DNA of 44,788 nt from Candidatus Hydrogenedentota bacterium (GTDB lineage Bacteria > Hydrogenedentota > Hydrogenedentia > Hydrogenedentales > SLHB01), in assembly GCA_034408725.1 (NCBI GenBank), contig JAWXCN010000215.1, forward strand, positions 1-44,788, read 5' to 3'. Each line of letters begins with the position of its first letter. The stretch's first letter is position 1. The translations under genes were made by a program, and so were the position numbers. Positions 30,597-37,940 of the stretch are shown in pieces. The notes under the pieces are model-generated. The model was not told the DNA's origin. It was given only the letters and a program-made list of their open reading frames with translations, and did not search any database.

Positions 30597-32101
30597 TCTT
30601 TCCCCTCGTCGTCAGCAGGTGACAGTTCACGAATAACGTTGTAAACATTGGCTATTCTGCGTTCCCCTGATTCCGCTTCGATTGAGAGTGGAGTGCCGGT
30701 CGAATTGCCAGGAATCGACTCAGAATTACCTCGTTTGCCCGAAGTTACTGCAACATTTACTGCAACCAAACCTTGCCCGTTCATTGGCAAACGCGGCAGT
30801 GCATCAAGCGCCCGCCCAACGTCCACCAGTTCAAGATGCGTGTACGTGGTCGAGGTCAATTTCGGATCGGAGTGCCGCATGGCAGTCTGAGCCACCTGCA
30901 ACGATGCGCCGCTACGACCCAGTAATGTGGCAAATGTATGACGAAGTGAATGCATATCGAGTGTACGCCCGCGCTCGTCTACTTTCTCGATTCCGGCGGC
31001 CGCCAAGTCCTTGTCGAACACCCGCAACGAAGGCATATTTTCGAAAACCCGCGCGGTGCTCAGAATGTGCATTGGGATCGGCCCGTTCTGGCCGCTCCGG
31101 AGCCATGCGAGCCGCGCATCAAGGTAATCGCTCAGATCGACTGCAATGTCTCCGCGTAGGGCAACATTCGCTCCTTTACGATTCTTCGCATTGCGCCCTT
31201 CGAGAGCAATATGCGGAGTATCCCCCTCCAATACAAGTGCGCCCAAAGTCAACGTGGCCACCTCATTGCAGCGTAGCCCCGTCAGTGCCATGAGCTTGTA
31301 AGCGGTCGCCCGTTCCAGTCCCAACAGTGCGAGACTCCGTCGTGTGGCGGGTTTTAGTTTCGCATCGGTGCCGCGATTTTTGACGCGGTCCGCTAACGGC
31401 CGCGCTTTCGCATGTTGAAAGAGCTTCCCCAATTCTGCTTCTGTTAGCGCCCGGCGCTGCCTCCGTACGTCCAACTTTTCATTTGCCCGGGGAATTCCCG
31501 CAAAGGGGTTCAACGTCATGCGCTGACCGCGCAATAGCCAGTTGCCAAACGAGACCGCCGCCACGCGATACCCATTGCGTACACGGGCGGAGAATGTTTG
31601 CGAATCTAGCCATCGCTCGAACACGTCGCGGCGCAGATGGGGAAGCTTTGAGAATCGGCACGCTTCGTTCATTTTCATCAGGTACGCTTTCGTTTTCTTC
31701 CGATGATGGTCAACGGTTCCTTTGGCGACCATATGCAAAATGAACGCATCGATGTGGCTGTCAAGCGACGCATGAGCGTGTCCCGCGGCAGCATGTTCCG
31801 GTACGGTCATCACGCCGGCCCTGACCAATTCCGATTCGCGTTCTAGCCGCGTCAGGATTGAATTCGCTGCCCCCTTGTCGCGGCAACCAGTGGACATTTC
31901 GCGCACAATTCCCTGCCCATCTCGGTACTGAGCAATGTATGTACCCGATTCGACGGTAATTCGTCCGGCGTCGGTCATCCGCGCACTCCGCGATCGTCCC
32001 TTGCCATCCGTCCACTTGGCCCACCGCTCCTTGTCGCGCATGGACACTTCTGCGCCGGCGGGTAAAGGTCGCGTGATGGTCTTTTTGTAAACGGTCCCCA
32101 T
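30527..32101 (-). CDS. int: Tyrosine recombinase/integrase
   Basis: TGLRCNE (R), AKNRK (K), HSLRH (HxxR), MRHS, TYTH (Y); AAGGAG RBS; 3' end overlaps tRNA-Lys antisense. Confidence 0.93.
   Translation of the reverse strand: MGTVYKKTITRPLPAGAEVSMRDKERWAKWTDGKGRSRSARMTDAGRITVESGTYIAQYRDGQGIVREMSTGCRDKGAANSILTRLERESELVRAGVMTVPEHAAAGHAHASLDSHIDAFILHMVAKGTVDHHRKKTKAYLMKMNEACRFSKLPHLRRDVFERWLDSQTFSARVRNGYRVAAVSFGNWLLRGQRMTLNPFAGIPRANEKLDVRRQRRALTEAELGKLFQHAKARPLADRVKNRGTDAKLKPATRRSLALLGLERATAYKLMALTGLRCNEVATLTLGALVLEGDTPHIALEGRNAKNRKGANVALRGDIAVDLSDYLDARLAWLRSGQNGPIPMHILSTARVFENMPSLRVFDKDLAAAGIEKVDERGRTLDMHSLRHTFATLLGRSGASLQVAQTAMRHSDPKLTSTTYTHLELVDVGRALDALPRLPMNGQGLVAVNVAVTSGKRGNSESIPGNSTGTPLSIEAESGERRIANVYNVIRELSPADDEGKDGGPCRSRTCDLVIKSHLLYQLS
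30547..30595 (+). repeat. att direct repeat, left copy (3' part of tRNA-Lys)
   Basis: GGTGACTCTTAATCACAAGGTCGCAGGTTCGACTCCTGCACGGCCCACC; 48/49 identical to 33488-33536. Confidence 0.93.
30746..30766. repeat. Putative integrase arm-type sites (left end)
   Basis: TACTGCAAC at 30746 and 30758 (12-bp period). Confidence 0.65.
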
Positions 32102-32105
32102 GGCA

Positions 32106-32190
32106 CTATTTCTCCTTAATGCGGCATTCGATACCGAAGTATGCCGCGATCGTATCCGCTGCGTCCAATCGCAGCGTTAGGTACCTATCG
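32106..32190 (-). pseudogene. C-terminal remnant of small HTH (Xre/Xis-like) gene upstream of integrase
   Basis: LTLRLDAADTIAAYFGIECRIKEK* resembles the end of HTH_3 proteins; no credible N-terminus; left boundary exact, right approximate. Confidence 0.5.
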
Positions 32191-32487
32191 CTTCTCAATG
32201 ACTCTGGTGCGTTGCCGCGCGACTGCCCCCCACCACACTTCCCATGCGTGCCCATGTTCCATCTCACCAAACAAGAACGGCGGGAGTGGCGGCATTGTCC
32301 ATGCACCCCACCCCGCGGGGTTTCGAAGCAAAGCCCGGTACGCCTCGAATTTATTTGGATTCGCCGGAAAGGAAGTATCAAAAGTGTCTAAAGGTCCCTC
32401 ACCTTGGGCTTTCGATACTTTAGGCACTTCCGTCTTATCAATATCGAAAAACCCGCGAGCTCGAAGTCTATCGAGATGTATGCCCAT
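32185..32487 (-). CDS. Small hypothetical protein of the element, contains iteron-like repeats
   Basis: GGAGG before ATG 32487; 100 aa MGIHLDRLRAR...; overlaps the end of the DUF3987-like remnant. Confidence 0.45.
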   Translation of the reverse strand: MGIHLDRLRARGFFDIDKTEVPKVSKAQGEGPLDTFDTSFPANPNKFEAYRALLRNPAGWGAWTMPPLPPFLFGEMEHGHAWEVWWGAVARQRTRVIEKR

Positions 32488-32720
32488 CGGCTGCCCTCCG
32501 GAGGACGGGATGGACGGTATACTGATAAGATGGACGCCCCCGGGTTTCCACCTTACGCCCGCGCACCCACCCATGATCCTCAATCACGGACAAGGCTGCC
32601 GCAACATCTTCCTTACGCGACAACCCCGCCCAGTGATTCCGGTAAACGTCCTTAGCAGTGAATATTACGCGGAGGTCTCCGTGTTGGATGTGCTCAAGCG
32701 CCGCGGTGGCCACCGGCGGC
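32468..32720 (-). pseudogene. C-terminal remnant of DUF3987/YfjI-like replication protein
   Basis: FTAKDVYRNHWAGL..EDVAAALSVIEDHGWVR...GRPS..Y.VHP resembles the winged-helix end of DUF3987 proteins; remainder missing. Confidence 0.6.
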
Positions 32721-32823
32721 ACGGTGAAAGCCAAAGGCAACACAAGCGAACAATCCGCGCATCACCAAAGCGGTGCGCATCACGGCCAACACCGCGCCCA
32801 CGCGCATTGGCATTGGGTCGAAG

Positions 32824-33111
32824 ATGGCCGATGACAAGCCACAGACCGACTCCGACAACGATGGACTTCCGGACTGGTGGGAACTGCAGCACGCTCTCGA
32901 CCCGAACGACGCCACCGGCGACAACGGAGCGTTCGGCGACCCGGACTTCGACGGCCAGACCAACGCCGTCGAACATATCGCCGGCACCGACCCCAAAACC
33001 GACACTGCAAAAGCATTGCCCATATCTGGCGCAATCGCCCTGGCCGCACTGGCCTTGGCCTTCCTCGCCTACGCGGCAATTACCGACAGACGGCGCAATC
33101 GTGCGAAGTAA
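32824..33111 (+). CDS. Small protein or C-terminal fragment of a surface protein: DxDxDG acidic repeats plus C-terminal TM anchor
   Basis: DSDNDGLPDWWE...DPND, DPDFDGQTN..E..AGTDP; LPISG + hydrophobic helix + RRRNRAK; no signal peptide. Confidence 0.65.
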   Translation: MADDKPQTDSDNDGLPDWWELQHALDPNDATGDNGAFGDPDFDGQTNAVEHIAGTDPKTDTAKALPISGAIALAALALAFLAYAAITDRRRNRAK

Positions 33112-33296
33112 TTCTAACGACCTCACGCTCGCTTTGGGACGTACCTGTGTAAAAAATCAGGGGCGCGACAACTCGATGACGCTGCTGAATCGCATTGACA
33201 CGCGGACTGAGCTGACGTCGGCGTGCCGTTCATGATCTGGCTTACACGGAAGGCGGAGAATCAATTTCAGTCCTCCATGCACCCCTGATGCTTGCA

Positions 33297-33488
33297 CTAT
33301 AATGGCGGCTTGCTCAGGATCACTGCCAACTCCTCTTGCTCCTCCTGCGGCAGATTCCGCAATACCGCAGCAAGTGCGGTAACCAAAGCCAAATTTATAG
33401 GACCACTGGTACTACAACCATTACTGCAACCAACAGATGCGTCAGATTGTAAGTTATTGGATTGCGGGTCTTTATGAATTGTGGCGTG
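33297..33488 (-). other. 63-codon open frame that becomes the integrase C-terminus after excision
   Basis: Same frame across the att core as integrase (VIKSH|HATIHK...KPPL*). Confidence 0.55.
33410..33430. repeat. Putative integrase arm-type sites (right end)
   Basis: TACTACAAC (33410) and TACTGCAAC (33422), 12-bp period, same motif and orientation as 30746-30766. Confidence 0.65.
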
Positions 33489-33536
33489 GTGACTCTTAAT
33501 CACAAGGTCGTAGGTTCGACTCCTGCACGGCCCACC
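33488..33536 (+). repeat. att direct repeat, right copy (tRNA-Lys 3' fragment)
   Basis: 49 bp with one mismatch (T33511 vs C30570); no D-arm or 5' acceptor strand. Confidence 0.93.
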
Positions 33537-33566
33537 GTCTTTCCCACCGTTGTCAGCGAAGACTCG

Positions 33567-33911
33567 CTATAGCCCGGCGCGGCGGACGGCGTCCGTTACA
33601 GCCTGTGCTACGAAACTGTTAATACTCGTTCCGGCGATCCTTGCGGCGTATATGGCCGCGCGGTGGGTCTGCGGTTCAAGGCGAAGCAGCAACTTGCCGG
33701 ATACGGGTTTGTCCGGTTGCTCACCCCGCTTTTTGCAGAAGGCGAGATAGTCCTCAACCGATTCCTTCAAGGCCCGCTTTAGTTCAGCAACCGACTTTCC
33801 CTCGAAATGGATGGTGTCCTCGATATTGATCACCTTCCCATGAAACACGTCATCGCCCGGAACAAACGCGACAATGGCCTTGTAACCCTTGTACTCCATC
33901 GTTTCATTCAT
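33567..33911 (-). CDS. hicB: Type II TA antitoxin, HicB family
   Basis: MEYKGY...FHGKV..I.D.IHFEG.SV.EL......SVEDYL.FC...G..PDKP.SGK..LRL (RHH-type). Confidence 0.93.
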   Translation of the reverse strand: MNETMEYKGYKAIVAFVPGDDVFHGKVINIEDTIHFEGKSVAELKRALKESVEDYLAFCKKRGEQPDKPVSGKLLLRLEPQTHRAAIYAARIAGTSINSFVAQAVTDAVRRAGL

Positions 33912-34162
33912 GGCTTTACCTCTACTGAAGTTAGGAAATTGCGCACGCTTTCGAGTGCGCCCTTCTTCGTTTTCGGCTGTGGGTACGGACGATGGAACGT
34001 TGCGCGACAGCCTTTCAACGCGACGCGCACGCGCGATCCGTTGCCTTCCTCAACTTCCCCGCCCAGCGCCCTGAAAAGCGATTCAATATCGGCCCACCGG
34101 ACATCGGCGCGTGTGGGATGCTCGAATATTGCTTTAAGCGTGGCGCGTTGCCGCGAATTCAT
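33908..34162 (-). CDS. hicA: Type II TA toxin, HicA family
   Basis: MNSRQRATL.AIF..P...VRW.DIESL...LG...EG.GSRVRV.L....TFHRP; ATGA overlap with hicB. Confidence 0.92.
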   Translation of the reverse strand: MNSRQRATLKAIFEHPTRADVRWADIESLFRALGGEVEEGNGSRVRVALKGCRATFHRPYPQPKTKKGALESVRNFLTSVEVKP

Positions 34163-34166
34163 ATCG

Positions 34167-34198
34167 CGATAATATCAGAAAGTAGTATCGTGCGGCAA
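34167..34198 (-). promoter_or_regulatory. hicAB promoter with overlapping imperfect palindromic operator
   Basis: Minus strand TTGCCG-N18-TATTAT, 6 nt before ATG; CGATACTA-N8-TATTATCG inverted repeat. Confidence 0.6.
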
Positions 34199-34269
34199 TG
34201 CCCCAAAATTCGATCGTCATTTCGTGGGCTAGATGGTACCGGATCAGGATGGCTTTCCGCGTTTGGGTC

Positions 34270-34317
34270 GGGGACAGCCACCGGCCCGCCTTTCAGGGCG
34301 GCACGGTGACAGTCCCC
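34270..34317 (+). repeat. REP-like palindrome, copy 1 (intergenic)
   Basis: GGGGACAGCCACCGGC-variable stem-CGGTGACAGTCCCC. Confidence 0.8.
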
Positions 34318-34760
34318 GGAGGATGATGCACTCCTATTATTTATGCCCGGCGCGTTGCACGGGTGTGTTGGCGGGAAGCGGGAAAAGGCGGTTTGGGAAG
34401 CGAGGGATAGCCGGTTGACACTTGGGGATTTTCATGGGACTTATGGGACGATGGGCCGTATATGAGTTGGACGAGGCATGAGGGCGACGTACGTGCATTG
34501 CTGACTGAATTTTGGGCTGTGTGCTGATTCGCATCTACGATTGTCTGTGCACATTTTTCTCATTTTTGCCAATTAAATACAGATTAAATCGCGTGACGAG
34601 CTTTTGTAGTCAGCGGCATTGTGCAACGCTTGGTCCATAACTAATGAAACAGTGATACGAAAGCCCGTTCACGAAGCGCCAAGTCACGTTGCGAAGTTCT
34701 CCGATCCGCGCTACGCTTGTTGGGTGTGCGGTCAACCAATTGTTAACGGAGGGTCGTTCG

Positions 34761-35564
34761 ATGCGAATCATGGCAAGAATGGGCGTCCTGGCGATTGTCA
34801 TCAGCTTTGGCGCAGCGCCACTGGCGTGGGCCGGCGAAGGGAAGAAGGAAGGAAGAAAGGACAAGCAGGAGGCGGCAAGTGCCGCGCCCGCAGGTGATGC
34901 CGCTGCCAAGGAACCCAAAGCGGACAAGGCGGACAAGCCGGACAAAGCGGATAAGGTAGAGAAGAAACCGGATGGCACGAAGGCGTCCGCGGGCAAGACC
35001 TTGTCCGAGGCCGAAGAGAAAGAGGTGGGTGGCGATGAGAATGAACTGAACATCCTTGCGCGAGAACTTGCGTTGAGCGATGCGCAGAAAAGTGAGGTTG
35101 GTAAAGAGTTCGAACGGTATCGCGCAAAGCAGCTTGAGTTAAATGCGTCGCCGGAAAAATCTCCCAACGAAAAGCTGCTCAAAGGTCCGCAGCGTCGCGC
35201 GCTTCGCGCTGGCCTCGATAAATGGATCAAGGGCCATGTATCCCCCGGGCAGGCGCAAAAATACGAGGCGTATGCCAACAAGCGGAAGAAGGAACTTTAC
35301 GACGAGCAGGTGAACAATCGCGTCGCGAAAATGGCGGAATCGCTCAAGCTTGGCGGCAACGAACAATCCAGGCTGCGTACGGTCTATGATACGAACCTGC
35401 GCGACGTTCAGAACGCCGCGGACGCTTTGTACGCCGCTCCGGCCGATAAAAAGCCCGAACTGGAAGAGCAGTTGGAAGAGAAGCGCGCGAAAATGAAATC
35501 AACGGTTGAAGGACTGTTGAAGCCGGAACAACTGGAAACCTACAGGAAGCTGGAAGACTCATAA
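34761..35564 (+). CDS. Exported helical protein, Spy/CpxP-like LTxxQ repeats
   Basis: GGAGG RBS; signal peptide; K/D-rich linker ([13 protein letters not shown]); LSDAQ, VSPGQ, LKPEQ motifs. Confidence 0.7.
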   Translation: MRIMARMGVLAIVISFGAAPLAWAGEGKKEGRKDKQEAASAAPAGDAAAKEPKADKADKPDKADKVEKKPDGTKASAGKTLSEAEEKEVGGDENELNILARELALSDAQKSEVGKEFERYRAKQLELNASPEKSPNEKLLKGPQRRALRAGLDKWIKGHVSPGQAQKYEAYANKRKKELYDEQVNNRVAKMAESLKLGGNEQSRLRTVYDTNLRDVQNAADALYAAPADKKPELEEQLEEKRAKMKSTVEGLLKPEQLETYRKLEDS

Positions 35565-35569
35565 TCCCT

Positions 35570-37090
35570 ATGCATCTACACAAAGTTCGCGTTTATCGGT
35601 CCAGGGAAAGTTTACCGCGGGATAACCAGTTGGCATGGAAAATCGCGTCTGTCGCGTCGGACGATGCGCCCATCGACGCCGCCGCGCAGGACATGGTGAT
35701 CAACCGCATCATCGACAACGCGTCGGTCGCGCTTGCGGCGATCAATCGCGGGCCGGTCGCCAATGCGCGCAGCCAAGCCATTGCTCATCCGCGGGAGAAT
35801 GGCGGGCGGGTATTCGGCATTGGCAGCCAGTGCGGGTTCGACGCGGAATGGGCGGCATGGGCCAATGGCACGGCGGTGCGCGAACTCGACATGCACGACA
35901 CGTTTCTTGCCGCGGATTATTCGCACCCCGGCGACAATATTCCGCCGATCCTCGCCGTGGCGCAGCAATGCGGCGCGAGGCGCAATGTAACTGGCGGCGA
36001 CTTGGTGCGCGGCATTCTGGTTGGATACGAAATCCAGATCGCGCTCGTAAAGGCGATTTGTCTGCATAAGCACAAGAAGGACCATATCGCGCATCTGTGT
36101 CCCTCGCAGGCGGCGGGCATTGGCGCGCTGTTGCGCCTCGACACCGAGACCATTTATCAAGCGGTACAACAGGCCGTGCATGTTTCGTTCACGACGCGGC
36201 AATCGCGCAAAGGCGAGATTTCGAGCTGGAAAGCGTACGCGCCAGCGCACGCGGGCAAATTGGCCGTCGAAGCCGTGGACCGGGCCATGCGCGGGGAAGG
36301 AAGTCCGTCGCCGATATATGAAGGTGAGGACAGCGTGATTGCGTACATGCTCGAGGGCGCGAACGGTTCGTATGATGTGCCGCTTCCGGATTCCGGCGAA
36401 CAAAAGCGAATGATTCTCGAGTCGTATACGAAAGAGCACTCCGCCGAATATCAGTCGCAAGCCCTGATTGATCTCGCGTTCCGCATGCGCGGGAAAATTT
36501 CCGATTTCGATTCCATCGCGTCAATCACGATTCATACGAGTCATCACACGCATTACGTCATCGGCACCGGCGCGAACGATCCGCAAAAGTTGGACCCAAA
36601 TGCAAGCCGCGAAACGCTCGATCACAGCATCATGTATATCTTCGCAGTCGCGTTGCAGGATGGCCGCTGGCATCATGTGGACAGCTACGCGCCAGCCCGC
36701 GCGGGCAGACCGGACACAGTCCGGCTCTGGCACGTTATCGAAACGCGCGAAGACCCGCAGTGGACACGGCGGTACCACAGTTCCGATCCCGGCGAAAAGG
36801 CGTTTGGCGGGCGTGTCGAGATCGTGTTCAACGACGGCAGCAAACTCGTCGACGAACTGGCGGTTGCGAATGCGCACTCGCTGGGCGCGCGCCCGTTTGA
36901 TCGCGCGGACTATATAAGGAAATTCGAATCGCTTACGCACGATATCGTGAGCCCAGGAGAACAGGAGCGCTTTCTGGATGTCGTGCAGCGGCTCCCTGAA
37001 TTGTCCGCGCAACAACTTAACGAACTAAATGTTCAGGCCGACGCATGCATACTCAAGTACGCAGATCGCGACAATCGGGGAATTTTCTAA
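35570..37090 (+). CDS. prpD: MmgE/PrpD family, 2-methylcitrate dehydratase
   Basis: [56 protein letters not shown]. Confidence 0.9.
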   Translation: MHLHKVRVYRSRESLPRDNQLAWKIASVASDDAPIDAAAQDMVINRIIDNASVALAAINRGPVANARSQAIAHPRENGGRVFGIGSQCGFDAEWAAWANGTAVRELDMHDTFLAADYSHPGDNIPPILAVAQQCGARRNVTGGDLVRGILVGYEIQIALVKAICLHKHKKDHIAHLCPSQAAGIGALLRLDTETIYQAVQQAVHVSFTTRQSRKGEISSWKAYAPAHAGKLAVEAVDRAMRGEGSPSPIYEGEDSVIAYMLEGANGSYDVPLPDSGEQKRMILESYTKEHSAEYQSQALIDLAFRMRGKISDFDSIASITIHTSHHTHYVIGTGANDPQKLDPNASRETLDHSIMYIFAVALQDGRWHHVDSYAPARAGRPDTVRLWHVIETREDPQWTRRYHSSDPGEKAFGGRVEIVFNDGSKLVDELAVANAHSLGARPFDRADYIRKFESLTHDIVSPGEQERFLDVVQRLPELSAQQLNELNVQADACILKYADRDNRGIF

Positions 37091-37091
37091 C

Positions 37092-37937
37092 ATGAAAATC
37101 GCAAGCCACAGGGGACTGTCACCGGCATCGCGTTTCGGATGCCGGTGGCTGTCCCCGATCGTCGTCCTTTTCTTCGCCGTCTCCGCAGTGGTTGTCGCCG
37201 AGCTGCCATTGAAACAGCCAAAGCACGGCGGCGTATACATCGTCGCGCATCGCGGCGTACACGAAAATATTCCCGAGAACACCCTGCCCGCGTACCAGCG
37301 CGCGATTGAACTTGGCTGCGATTTCGTAGAGATAGACGTGCGCACGACGAAGGACGGAAAGTTTGTCAGCGTGCATAACAGCACCATCGACGCCTACGTA
37401 CCCGGCAAGACCGGTCGCGTGAAAGACATGACGTTAGAGGAATTGCGCGCGCTCGACATCGGCGCGCGCGTGGGGGAGAAGTGGGTGGGAACGAGAATCC
37501 CCACGTTCGAGGAAATTCTCGATTTGTGCAAGGGAAAGATTGGAATCTATCTTGATCTCAAAGACGCGCCGGTGCCGGAGTTGGCCGCATTGGTGAAGGC
37601 GCGCGGCATGCAACACGAAATCATTTGGTATGTGAACGGAAAACATCTCGACGATTTGCGCGCGTCCTGCGCCGAGTGCATCGAAATGCCTGACCCCGGT
37701 CCGGAGAAGAACCTGGAAAAGCTGCTTTTGGAAAAGAAGCCGCGCCTTGTCGCGTCGGTCTGGAACCATGCATCCAAGTCATTCGTCGAAGCGTGCCATA
37801 CCGCGTGTGCGCCGGTGATCATCGACGAAGACGGGACGGAATGTTGGAAAGACCTGCTCGCGTGGGGAACGGACGGCATCCAGACGGATTACCCCGAGGC
37901 GCTCATCGACTACGTCGTAGCGCATCCGGGAAAATAA
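37092..37937 (+). CDS. Glycerophosphodiester phosphodiesterase family protein
   Basis: VAHRG, PENTL, FVEIDVR.TKDG..V.VH, RIPTFEE, DGIQTDYP; hydrophobic leader. Confidence 0.9.
   Translation: MKIASHRGLSPASRFGCRWLSPIVVLFFAVSAVVVAELPLKQPKHGGVYIVAHRGVHENIPENTLPAYQRAIELGCDFVEIDVRTTKDGKFVSVHNSTIDAYVPGKTGRVKDMTLEELRALDIGARVGEKWVGTRIPTFEEILDLCKGKIGIYLDLKDAPVPELAALVKARGMQHEIIWYVNGKHLDDLRASCAECIEMPDPGPEKNLEKLLLEKKPRLVASVWNHASKSFVEACHTACAPVIIDEDGTECWKDLLAWGTDGIQTDYPEALIDYVVAHPGK
37111..37156 (-). repeat. REP-like palindrome, copy 2 (inside 5' end of GDPD frame)
   Basis: Reverse complement GGGGACAGCCACCGGC-ATCCGAAACGCGATGC-CGGTGACAGTCCCC; arms identical to copy 1. Confidence 0.8.
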
Positions 37938-37940
37938 GCA

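Larger units (their letters stand above)
30547..33536. mobile_element. Small (2.94-kb) decayed integrative element at tRNA-Lys
   Basis: 49-bp direct repeats at 30547-30595 and 33488-33536, adjacent tyrosine integrase, remnants of HTH and DUF3987-like genes. Confidence 0.9.

Noticed and set aside
32141-33235. 364-aa plus-strand ORF across the element
   Set aside because: Low-complexity P/R/T-rich translation overlapping better-supported fragments in other frames
33488-33536. Second tRNA-Lys gene
   Set aside because: Only the 3' 49 nt; lacks the D-arm, 5' acceptor strand and terminal CCA; it is the att repeat
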